Below, in pieces: positions 30,111 through 38,993 of a stretch of DNA of 64,000 bases. The notes under the pieces are model-generated. The model ran no database searches. It worked only from the letters and a program-made list of their open reading frames with translations, and had not been told where the DNA came from. The stretch is from Lachnospiraceae bacterium (GTDB lineage: Bacteria; Bacillota; Clostridia; Lachnospirales; Lachnospiraceae): contig JBMNRC010000002.1 of the NCBI GenBank assembly GCA_050944455.1, positions 1 to 64,000 of the forward strand, read 5' to 3'. Made by a program: the position numbers and the translations under genes. The first letter of the stretch is position 1, and each line of letters begins with the position of its first letter.

Positions 30111-31496
30111 ATGAAAGAGAGGATCCGCCGGATCTGCGACCGCCTGATCAGCCCGGATGTGAGGGAAATCGATACCCACGAAGGACACCTGACCCTGATC
30201 GGCCTGTTTGTGCCGCTGTTTGTGGAGCAGCTGCTCATGCACCTGATGGGCACGGTGAACACTCTGGTGCTGAGCCATTATTCCGATGGGGCCGTCGCGG
30301 CCGTTGGCGCCGCAAACCAGGTGGTTTCCCTGTTCTACACCGTTTTTTCCATGATCAGCGGCGGCGCGTCCGTCGTGATCAGCCACCGCCTGGGCGCGGG
30401 AAACGAGGAGGCTGCAGGGGACGCTTCCTTCACGGCGATTCTGTCCGGGTTCGCGATGAGCTTTGCCTGCGGCCTGGTGCTGAGGGCTTTCGCCGTGCCG
30501 CTCATGACCATGCTCAACCTGGAAGGCAGCGTGCTGGAGATGGCGGAGCAGTATTTCCGCATCTGCATCAGTTTCGCCTTCCTGCAGGGCACGATGAACG
30601 CCTGTTCCGCGACTCTTCGAAGCTACGGCAGGCCGAAGGTGGCCGTCGTGGCTTCCATCCTGATGAACGCCCTGAACGCTGTCCTGAACATGATCGTAAT
30701 CTACGCGCCTTCCCTCGTTCCCCTGCACGGCGTTGAGGGAATCGCCGCGGCAAACGTTATCAGCCGGGCCTGCGCGCTGGCCGTCCTGCTCATATATCTG
30801 GCCCGCTGCGATCTGCCGCTGAATTTCCGCACAAAGAAACTGACGGCGCTGCGGAGCCTGAAAAATATCCTGCATATCGGTATCCCGGCGGGCGTCAGCA
30901 CGCTGTCGTATTCGCTGTCGCAGGTTGTTTCGACGTCGATTCTCGGGCTGCTCGGGCAGACAGCCCTCTCAGCGAAAATCTATGTTTCGACGGTCGTTTT
31001 CTATGTTTATGTGATTGGCTACTCGCTCGGCCTGACGATAGCGATCATGATCGGCTGGATCGCCGGCTCCGGGGACTTTGACAGGGCCGTAAAGCTCAAC
31101 CACCAGTCGCTCAGGCTCGCGGTTTCCATCAATATGATCCTGTCCGCCGTGATCTGGATTTTCGGGCGCCAGCTCATCGGCCTGTTTACCTCCGACCCGG
31201 AAATTCTCGCGATGATCCCCGGGATCCTCGCGATTGACTTTTTTGTGGAAATCGGGAGAGGGTTCAACCATATCGAGGAGAACTCGCTGCGCGGCGCGGG
31301 CGACGCGGTATTCCCAATGATCATCTCTGTGGCCTCATGCTGGGGAATCAGCATCCTGTTCTCGTGGATCCTGGGGATTCAGGCGCATCTTGGCCTGTAC
31401 GGGTGCTGGATTGCCTTCATGATGGATGAATTTTTCCGCGGCATCAGCTATCTGTGCCGCTTCAACAGCAAAAAGTGGACCAGAATGGTCGTCTGA
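30111..31496 (+). CDS. MATE family efflux transporter
   Basis: 461 aa from ATG 30111 with GGAAGG RBS; 12-TM MATE organisation; track start 29970 rejected. Confidence 0.85.
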   Translation: MKERIRRICDRLISPDVREIDTHEGHLTLIGLFVPLFVEQLLMHLMGTVNTLVLSHYSDGAVAAVGAANQVVSLFYTVFSMISGGASVVISHRLGAGNEEAAGDASFTAILSGFAMSFACGLVLRAFAVPLMTMLNLEGSVLEMAEQYFRICISFAFLQGTMNACSATLRSYGRPKVAVVASILMNALNAVLNMIVIYAPSLVPLHGVEGIAAANVISRACALAVLLIYLARCDLPLNFRTKKLTALRSLKNILHIGIPAGVSTLSYSLSQVVSTSILGLLGQTALSAKIYVSTVVFYVYVIGYSLGLTIAIMIGWIAGSGDFDRAVKLNHQSLRLAVSINMILSAVIWIFGRQLIGLFTSDPEILAMIPGILAIDFFVEIGRGFNHIEENSLRGAGDAVFPMIISVASCWGISILFSWILGIQAHLGLYGCWIAFMMDEFFRGISYLCRFNSKKWTRMVV

Positions 31497-31529
31497 CCGG
31501 GCGGATGCCGTCCGGAGGAAGGAGAAAAC

Positions 31530-32006
31530 ATGTTCAGACCGATGAGAAGATTCAGACAGCAGCTGTCGGAAGAGGAAGCCATGACGGTGCTGAGGGACGG
31601 CCATCTCGGCGTTCTCTCCGTGCTCGGCGACGATGATTATCCCTACGGTGTCCCGATCGACTACGTGTGCGGTGGGGACGGGCACCTGTATTTTCACTGC
31701 GCGGGAACCGGCCACAAGATCGACGCGGTCAGGAAACACGACAAGGCGTCCTTCTGCGTGACGGACGGAGGAGTTCCGATCCCCGGCGATTTCGGGAGAA
31801 TGTACAGAAGCGTCATCGTGTTCGGCAGGATCCGGGTCGTGGAAGACCGCGATAAAGTCCTGAAGAAAGCCTGGGAGCTCGCCATGCACATCTATCCTGA
31901 ACGGGAGTCCTTTTACAGGGAGGATCTGAAGAAAAACGCGAAGAACGTGCAGATCCTGGAACTGGTCCCGGAGCACATCACCGGAAAGCAGGTCAGGGAA
32001 AGATAA
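31530..32006 (+). CDS. pyridoxamine 5'-phosphate oxidase family (FMN-binding split barrel) protein
   Basis: 158 aa, LRDGHLGVLSVLGDDDYPYGVPIDYV..LYFHCAGTGHKIDAVRKHDKASFCV. Confidence 0.8.
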   Translation: MFRPMRRFRQQLSEEEAMTVLRDGHLGVLSVLGDDDYPYGVPIDYVCGGDGHLYFHCAGTGHKIDAVRKHDKASFCVTDGGVPIPGDFGRMYRSVIVFGRIRVVEDRDKVLKKAWELAMHIYPERESFYREDLKKNAKNVQILELVPEHITGKQVRER

Positions 32007-32067
32007 CAGGAAAAACAGGCCACAGGAAAACAGACCACAGGAAAACAGACCACAGGGAGACAGTATC

Positions 32068-33174
32068 ATGATATTCGGGATGACCTATTACCAGATCTGC
32101 ATGTATTTCCTGATCTATTCTTTTCTCGGCTGGTGCGTGGAAGTGATCTACCACGCGCTGGCCCAGGGAAAAATCGTCAACCGGGGATTTCTCAACGGGC
32201 CGGTTTGCCCGGTGTACGGCTTCGGAATGCTCGGGATCTGCGTACTGATTTATTTTCTGCCCAAAGATGCGGGAACCGGCGAGGCCAGCGTCCTCGGCGT
32301 CTTCTTCGGCGGAATGATTCTGTGCACCGCTGTGGAGTTCATCGCCGGATTTCTGCTCTATCACATTTTTCACACCAGATGGTGGGACTACAGCCGTCTT
32401 CCGCTCAACATCGGCGGATATATCTGCCCGCTGTTCTCCGTTCTCTGGGGAATCGCCTGCGTGCTGGTTGTCCGGTTCGTTCACCCGCTGGTGCAGCAGG
32501 CGTCGGCGTCCTCCCAGACTGTTATCCCGCCGAAATACGGGTGGCCGGTCATGCTGGTCCTGTACATCATTTATTTTGTCGACCTGGTGGCGACGGTGCT
32601 GACGGTTTCGGGCATGAACAAAAAGCTGGCGGAACTCGACAGCCTTGACAGATCACTGCGCATCGTGAGCAATAACCTGTCGGAGGCGATCGGCGGGACG
32701 ACGATCAAAGCATCCGAATCCGTGGGCGAAGCCCGCGTGCAGGGCGCTCTGGCCAAAGCCGAGATCCGGGATAACGCGGCCGAGAAGATGGAGCAGTACA
32801 GGGCGGCTTCCGCAGAGTTCCGGGAAGAGAGCCATGAGAAGATGCGTGAGGTCCGGGCTGGCCTTGAACAGATGACGGACAGCGGAAAAGCGGCGGTTTC
32901 CCAGGCGGCGGGTAACGCGAAGGAAGCTTATGCCCAGATGACTGACGGTGCGAAACAGGCTTACGCGCAGAAGAAGGCGGAGTTTGAGGAGCGCCGCAGC
33001 CAGCTGGTGATGGATCTGGCCGGCCATAAGGTTTTCGGGACGGGACGTCTGCTCCGCGCTTTCCCCGGGATGAAATCCAGGGATTACAACGAAATGCTTG
33101 AGAAAATCAGGCAGTACCTGAAGGACAGGGAAAACAGCAGAAAAGGCGGATCCGGAAATCCGAAGGAAAAATGA
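32068..33174 (+). CDS. putative ABC-transporter type IV (CmpB/PF06541-like) membrane protein with C-terminal coiled-coil extension
   Basis: FLGWCVEVIYHALAQGKIVNRGFLNGPVCPVYGFG motif; about 150-aa Ala/Glu/Lys-rich amphipathic C-terminus. Confidence 0.6.
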   Translation: MIFGMTYYQICMYFLIYSFLGWCVEVIYHALAQGKIVNRGFLNGPVCPVYGFGMLGICVLIYFLPKDAGTGEASVLGVFFGGMILCTAVEFIAGFLLYHIFHTRWWDYSRLPLNIGGYICPLFSVLWGIACVLVVRFVHPLVQQASASSQTVIPPKYGWPVMLVLYIIYFVDLVATVLTVSGMNKKLAELDSLDRSLRIVSNNLSEAIGGTTIKASESVGEARVQGALAKAEIRDNAAEKMEQYRAASAEFREESHEKMREVRAGLEQMTDSGKAAVSQAAGNAKEAYAQMTDGAKQAYAQKKAEFEERRSQLVMDLAGHKVFGTGRLLRAFPGMKSRDYNEMLEKIRQYLKDRENSRKGGSGNPKEK

Positions 33175-33407
33175 CGCGGAGCCTCGATAAGCAGCCCGGC
33201 GGCAGAGAAATCTGCCGCCGGGCCGCCGGGTATCAGGGGAATAGCTGACAATTCGCTGAAAAATGCCGGCCGGAAAACATTTGCGGTTTTTCGCCCGGCA
33301 TCAGGAAGATATCCGGCATCAGAAGGATATCAGCCGGTGCATCGCGAACATCGCGCGGAGAATTTTTTCTGCCGCGGCGTGAACCATACAGAAAGAAGGG
33401 GACGGAC

Positions 33408-36400
33408 ATGATTCTGAACAGGTATTCACAGATAACACTGCAGCTTTCCGGGAAGGAAAACCGCGCGGTAAAACGGGCCGCGGCGGCGTTCAGGTCGGAT
33501 CTGAAAAGAGCTCTGGACTGCCGGGTCAATGAAAGCCGGATGACTGTCGGGACGGTGATCCACGTCGCTACGGCGGGCGTGGAACCGGCCGACAAGGCGA
33601 TGGACAACATCGGCTGCGGGCTTATCCCGGCGCTGAAGCCGATTCCGGCCGGAATCACCGACGCCATGCGGGCGGAAGACGGCTCGCTGCGCCGCGAAAA
33701 CTATGTGATCGCGGTAATCGGCGGAGAACTGTGGCTGTGCGGCAGCGACCGCCGGGGTACGATTTACGCGGTTTATGAATTCTCGGAGAAGTGGCTTGGC
33801 GTGTCGCCGTGGACTTTCTTCGCGGACGTCCCGGTGCGGAAAAAGATTTCGGTGGAGATTCCGGAGGGAACGCTGCAGTCGGACTACCCGATGGTTGAGT
33901 ACCGCGGGGTTTTCATCAACGATGAGGAAGAACTGGAGCACTGGGCGCAGCGGTATCTGGGAGAAGAAACCATCGGGGTCAGGACCTACAGCCATTTTTT
34001 CGACCTGCTGCTGCGCCTGAAGATGAACTATATCTGGCCGGCCATGCACGTGAATTCCTTCAACGCGGACAGGGCCAACGGGGACCTGGCCGACGCCTGC
34101 GGCATTGTGGTCGGAACCTCCCACTGCGACATGCTCATGCGGACGAACAACCATGAGTGGAAACCGTGGCTGGAGAGAAAAGGATACACCGGAGCGGAGT
34201 ACGACTACTCCATCCCCGGGGAGAACCGGAGAATCCTGGAGGAGTACTGGCAGGAAAGCGCGGAGCAGAACAAAGATTTTGAAGTGTGCTATACGCTGGG
34301 AATGCGGGGAATTCACGATTCCGGTTTCGAGACAGGCTCGCTGGCGGGACTGCAGGGGAAAGAGCTGCTTGACGCGAAGATCTCCCTGCTGGAGTCGGTG
34401 ATCGACGCGCAGGAGAAGATTCTTTCCCGGACGCTGGATCACCCGACGCTCAAGACCTTCATTCCGTATAAGGAAGTTCTGGAGCTGTACGACAACGGCC
34501 TGAGGGTTCCGGAAGACCTGACGCTCGTCTGGGTGAACGACAATTACGGCTATGTGCGCCGCTACCCGGATGAGAAGGCGAAAGCGCGCCCGGCGGGGAA
34601 CGGAATCTATTACCACAATTCCTACTGGGCGCCGCCGACCGGTATGGACTACCTGTTCCTTCCGTCCATCCCGCTCTCCCAGACGCGGAACGAGCTCAAA
34701 AAAGCTTACGCGGAGGGAATCCGAAAACTCTGGGTGACCAATTTCGGCGCGCAGAAACCGCTTGAGCAGGAGATCACGTTTTACGCGCAGCTCGCCTGGG
34801 AGACCGGGAAGCCGAACCCGCAGACCGACGACGAGGAGGAATTCCTGCGCTGCTGGATCGACCGCACGTTCAGCGGAAACCACGGCGGCGAGCTGGCTCC
34901 CCTGCTGGTTCTCTGCGGCCGCCTGTCCAGCGAGCGCAAGGCCGAGCAGATGGATGCCGACGCCTTCTCGCAGACCCTGCACGGGGACGAGGCGGCGGAG
35001 CGAATCCATCTGTATGAATCGATGATGAAAACGGGAAACCGCGTGTGGAGATCGCTGCCTCCGGAGGAGCGGGACGCCTTTTTTGAGCTGGTGCTGATGC
35101 GAATCCACGCGGAGTACTATACCGCCAGCATGTTCTATTACGCGGACCGCAGCTTTCTGTGCGAGCGCCGCGGAAATCCGAAAGGGGCGTCGGAATACGC
35201 CGGCCGCTCTCTGGCCTTTGAGCGCCTCCGCCGGCGGATGCTGGCATATTACAATCACAGAGTAGCGGACGGCAAGTGGGACGGCATCCTGACGCCGGAG
35301 GAGTTTGCCCCGCCGCGGACCTCCTGCTGCCCGGCCTGCGCGGTCCCGCTGTCGGTCGGCGGCCCGGAGATGCAGGTGCACGTGTGGAACGGGAAGCCTG
35401 CCCTGAGCTTTGTCCCGGGTGACGCGGTCAAGTGGATTGAGATCGCGAACGCCGGTACCGGCAGCGTATCCTGGCGGATAGACCTGCCGGAGTGGCTGGA
35501 GTTCCGGGATATCCGCGGCGAAGACGGCGTGAACGCGCGCGGTGCGCGCAGCGGGCTCTTCTGCCCGGAAGACACGGCGGACAGCCATCCGGAGGGCAGA
35601 GAGACCCGGGAGAAAGCGGCGGGCATCGCCGAGGCCAGAGCGGAGAGCGGAGGAAACGGAGTCCGCGGTGCCAGACGCGAGGGCACCACGGAAGTGGAAG
35701 AGCGCGTGCTGCTGGCACTGAATGGGGAGGCTGTCCGGAAGGCGCTGGAGAGCGTGCCGGGAACCGGGGAAAACCGGCAGGACGCGGAAACCGCGGCGGC
35801 AGGAGTCCCTTCCCACGGTCAGCCCGCATCGGATGATGAGCCGCGCGCCGCAGGGACCGGAGCATCCGGAGCGGAAGACACCGGAAGATCCCCATATCTA
35901 TCGCTTGAGGGAACCATCCGGGTCGTTCAGACCGACGGCCCCTTCCGCATGGACATCCCGGTTTCCTGCCTGCTTCTCCCGGAAGATGAAACTGCCGGGA
36001 CGGCTGTGGAGGACGACGGGATGATTTCGGTGGACGCCGACCGGATGGATCCGGCAGCGTCAGATCCGGATTCGTGGAACCGGATTGCGGGCCTCGGCCG
36101 GCACAGAGGGGCCCTGATGGAGGCGAAGAAAGCAGCCGACGGCTCCTGGAAGGCGCAGGGCGGCAGTCTTACGTATCCGGTTTTTGTGACGGAGGAGAGC
36201 CCGAAGACGCTGCAGATTCACCGCTTCCCGACACTGAACTCGGTCGGGCGCCTGCGCTTTGCGGTATCGGTGGACGGCGGAAAAGAAATTCCCGCGGAGA
36301 CGGAAGCCAATGACGAACACCGGTCTTCCTGGGAACTGAACGTCCGCGACGGCGTTGACCGGCTGAATGTTCCGCTCCCGCCCCTCAGTGTGGGAAGGCA

Positions 36401-37235
36401 TACGGTTGCCATTCGGGCGCTGGATCCATATCTGGCGTTCTCCCGCCTTGTGATTCTGAGCGGGGATGTGCGGAACGCGGGAAATCTCGGGATCGCGGCC
36501 GACCGGGACGGGCGGCTTCCTGAGCCTCTCGATCCGGAGTCTTTCGGGGACCGGATGTACGGGCCGGCGGAGGAGGAAGTGGTTCAGGTCGGGGCGCTGC
36601 CGGAACCTTCCGTGGAAGATACGCTTTACAATGAGGATATCATCCGCGCGGTTCCGGAGCATCTGAGGGCCGCAAAAACCGACGCCCGCGCGATTCTCGC
36701 CCTGGGGCGGGAGCCTGTGCGCGAACGGGACGGCAGCCTTTTGATTGAGGCGGGGAGCGCGCTGGCGGAGACAGCCTTTGCGTTCACGACCGGCCGATGG
36801 GATCACTGCCGCAGCCTGTCGCATCATGATACGGGGATTGCGATGCTGATCCGGCACCCCGGCCTTTCCTTCGCGGCGCCGGAGCCGGTCGACCAGATCC
36901 CCGCGGAAACGACGGAGGACTATCCTTCGCTGAATTTCCGCATTGACGCGGACGGAGGGGTTTACAAAATCTGGACTTACCTCTTTCTCTGGGGAATCCG
37001 GGACTCGCATTTCATGCTTCAGGTGGATAACCGCCTGATTCCGGAGGAAGAACTGTACGGCGGGCAGCGCGTCTGGCGGTACAGCTTTGAGAACAGCTGG
37101 AAGTGGGTTCCGGCGGCTGATGTCACGCTCACGCCGGGAGAACACCTGCTCCGGTTCATCACAAAGAGCGTGAGGCTGCGGGTTGACCAGATCTGGCTGA
37201 GCCGGATCGGAGACCTGCCGCCGCTGACGGTATAA
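33408..37235 (+). CDS. glycoside hydrolase family 115-like protein (1275 aa) with internal low-complexity insert and long C-terminal region, no signal peptide
   Basis: YRGVFINDEEELEHWAQRY...LLRLKMNYIWPAMH recalled as GH115 catalytic-barrel motifs; GH115 assignment from memory. Confidence 0.7.
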   Translation: MILNRYSQITLQLSGKENRAVKRAAAAFRSDLKRALDCRVNESRMTVGTVIHVATAGVEPADKAMDNIGCGLIPALKPIPAGITDAMRAEDGSLRRENYVIAVIGGELWLCGSDRRGTIYAVYEFSEKWLGVSPWTFFADVPVRKKISVEIPEGTLQSDYPMVEYRGVFINDEEELEHWAQRYLGEETIGVRTYSHFFDLLLRLKMNYIWPAMHVNSFNADRANGDLADACGIVVGTSHCDMLMRTNNHEWKPWLERKGYTGAEYDYSIPGENRRILEEYWQESAEQNKDFEVCYTLGMRGIHDSGFETGSLAGLQGKELLDAKISLLESVIDAQEKILSRTLDHPTLKTFIPYKEVLELYDNGLRVPEDLTLVWVNDNYGYVRRYPDEKAKARPAGNGIYYHNSYWAPPTGMDYLFLPSIPLSQTRNELKKAYAEGIRKLWVTNFGAQKPLEQEITFYAQLAWETGKPNPQTDDEEEFLRCWIDRTFSGNHGGELAPLLVLCGRLSSERKAEQMDADAFSQTLHGDEAAERIHLYESMMKTGNRVWRSLPPEERDAFFELVLMRIHAEYYTASMFYYADRSFLCERRGNPKGASEYAGRSLAFERLRRRMLAYYNHRVADGKWDGILTPEEFAPPRTSCCPACAVPLSVGGPEMQVHVWNGKPALSFVPGDAVKWIEIANAGTGSVSWRIDLPEWLEFRDIRGEDGVNARGARSGLFCPEDTADSHPEGRETREKAAGIAEARAESGGNGVRGARREGTTEVEERVLLALNGEAVRKALESVPGTGENRQDAETAAAGVPSHGQPASDDEPRAAGTGASGAEDTGRSPYLSLEGTIRVVQTDGPFRMDIPVSCLLLPEDETAGTAVEDDGMISVDADRMDPAASDPDSWNRIAGLGRHRGALMEAKKAADGSWKAQGGSLTYPVFVTEESPKTLQIHRFPTLNSVGRLRFAVSVDGGKEIPAETEANDEHRSSWELNVRDGVDRLNVPLPPLSVGRHTVAIRALDPYLAFSRLVILSGDVRNAGNLGIAADRDGRLPEPLDPESFGDRMYGPAEEEVVQVGALPEPSVEDTLYNEDIIRAVPEHLRAAKTDARAILALGREPVRERDGSLLIEAGSALAETAFAFTTGRWDHCRSLSHHDTGIAMLIRHPGLSFAAPEPVDQIPAETTEDYPSLNFRIDADGGVYKIWTYLFLWGIRDSHFMLQVDNRLIPEEELYGGQRVWRYSFENSWKWVPAADVTLTPGEHLLRFITKSVRLRVDQIWLSRIGDLPPLTV

Positions 37236-37249
37236 GTTTATATACTCCG

Positions 37250-37308
37250 GCAGAAGCCGGGGCGCTGTGCCTGATTCTGATGGTCAGGCACAGCGCCCCG
37301 GCTTCTTC
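37250..37308 (+). terminator. long perfect hairpin terminator after the GH115 gene
   Basis: GAAGCCGGGGCGCTGTGCCTGA / TCAGGCACAGCGCCCCGGCTTC 22-bp stem, 9-nt loop, then TTCGTG. Confidence 0.7.
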
Positions 37309-37471
37309 GTGCAGGTGGATCCTGCTGCGATCTGTCTGACAGCATTTCCAGTCCGTGACCGGCTTCTTCGTGCAGGCGATCCTGCTGTTCAGACAGGACA
37401 GGTGCGCTCGGTTTTTCCGACGGCGGTCAACACCTGCCGGCGGACGCCGGGGGAGTCAGACAGGACAGGTG
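37295..37471 (+). repeat. two pairs of direct repeats (30-bp A, 19-bp B) each spaced 62-67 bp
   Basis: A copies at 37295 and 37357 (CCGGCTTCTTCGTGCAGGYGGATCCTGCTG), B copies at 37386 and 37453 (TCAGACAGGACAGGTGCGC); A1 overlaps the terminator 3' arm. Confidence 0.8.
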
Positions 37472-37679
37472 CGCGAGGTTCTTCGGCGCAGTCCCCGGCT
37501 GGTCCGGATAGATTGCGCTCCGAACAAAAAAACACAAAATGCACATACTCTGAACATTTTTTCATCAAGGATTTATGGTTTACTAAAGCTGCGGGGGAAA
37601 AGAAAATCCCGCTTATCCTGTATGACATGACAGGAGACACGTTTGAGGAGGGGATACACCAGACAGACAGGAGTACCTT

Positions 37680-38807
37680 ATGACACAGAGAATAGCGCTT
37701 ATCCCGGCGTATGAGCCGGATGAACATTTGACGGAACTTGTAAGAGAAACAACAGAGCACGGATTTGACGTCGTAGTCGTCAATGACGGCAGCTCAGAAG
37801 ATAAAACACCGCTGTTTGCCCGGGCGGCGGACCTGGGGGCGGAAGTACTCACGCACGAGGTTAACCGCGGCAAAGGAGCCGCGCTGAAAACCGGGCTCAA
37901 CTGGATCAGGGAGCATTGCGGAGGCGATTACGTGGTTGTGACGCTGGACGCGGACGGACAGCACACGGTTGAGGACGCGATCCGGGTATGCGAGACCGCT
38001 GAAGCCCGGAGAAATCACCTGATTCTGGGCAGCCGGAGCCGCGATCTGAGCAAAAAGATTCCGCTGAGGAGCCGCTTCGGAAATTCGATAACGCGGCTTG
38101 TGTTCCGTCTGACGACGGGGCTGAAAGTTTACGACACCCAGACCGGACTGCGTGCTTTCGACGCGCAGCTGGCGGAACAGTTCGCTTCCCTTGAGGGCGA
38201 CCGGTACGAGTTCGAGATGAACATGCTCCTTTATTGTTCCCGCAGGAAGATCGCGGTTGAGGAAATCCCGATCCGGACGATCTATATCGACGGGAACTCC
38301 TCATCGCATTTTGACGCAGTGAAAGATTCCTTCCGGATATACCGGGAGATCCTGAAATTCGCGGGATCCTCGTTCCTTGGATTTGTCGTGGATTACACGA
38401 TGTTCTGGATTCTTTCGCTGATCACGGGAGCTGTGGCTCCGGGAGCCGCTGCCGGCGTGGCCGTCAGCAATATCGGCGCCCGTGTGGTCAGCGCTTCAGT
38501 GAATTTTACAGTAAACCGTAAACTGGTTTTCAGAAGCAAGGCAAACCTGTGGAAGTCAGCTGCCCAGTATTTTACCCTGGCAGCCTGCATCCTGGCCGGC
38601 AATACCTTCCTTCTGAACTTCATGGTCAACTCGGCGGGAATTAACCGCTATCTGGCCAAAATCGTCACAGAAATCACTTTCTTCAGCATCAGCTGGCTGG
38701 TTCAGAGATTCCTGATCTTCAGGAAAAAGAGCCGGGATATGGAAAGCCCGGAGCGCGTGGGGAACAGCGTAAAGCTTCTTCACAAAGATTCCGCGGCGGC
38801 CTGCTGA
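37680..38807 (+). CDS. GT2 family glycosyltransferase fused to a C-terminal GtrA-like domain
   Basis: LIPAYEPDEHL..VVVVNDGSSE..VTLDADGQH DXD region; C-terminal 4-TM GtrA-like region. Confidence 0.8.
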   Translation: MTQRIALIPAYEPDEHLTELVRETTEHGFDVVVVNDGSSEDKTPLFARAADLGAEVLTHEVNRGKGAALKTGLNWIREHCGGDYVVVTLDADGQHTVEDAIRVCETAEARRNHLILGSRSRDLSKKIPLRSRFGNSITRLVFRLTTGLKVYDTQTGLRAFDAQLAEQFASLEGDRYEFEMNMLLYCSRRKIAVEEIPIRTIYIDGNSSSHFDAVKDSFRIYREILKFAGSSFLGFVVDYTMFWILSLITGAVAPGAAAGVAVSNIGARVVSASVNFTVNRKLVFRSKANLWKSAAQYFTLAACILAGNTFLLNFMVNSAGINRYLAKIVTEITFFSISWLVQRFLIFRKKSRDMESPERVGNSVKLLHKDSAAAC

Positions 38808-38993
38808 GAAAAACAGAAATTTACAGACAAAATTTACAGATAAACACCTGAAACATCATACCATATAACACGGCAGGTGCAGCCCGGGCCGCAGCAGTAT
38901 CGCAGATACAGAGGACGCAGCATAGCCGGTTTACACAAGGCATGGCCTGCGGCTGCGGCAGGCCGGCCCTGCCGGAATAATCAGAGGGAAAAG

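Noticed and set aside
33426-35816. 796-aa minus-strand ORF inside the GH115-like gene
   Set aside because: Antisense artefact: Arg/Pro/Gly-rich, no start-site signals. The sense frame has conserved GH motifs.
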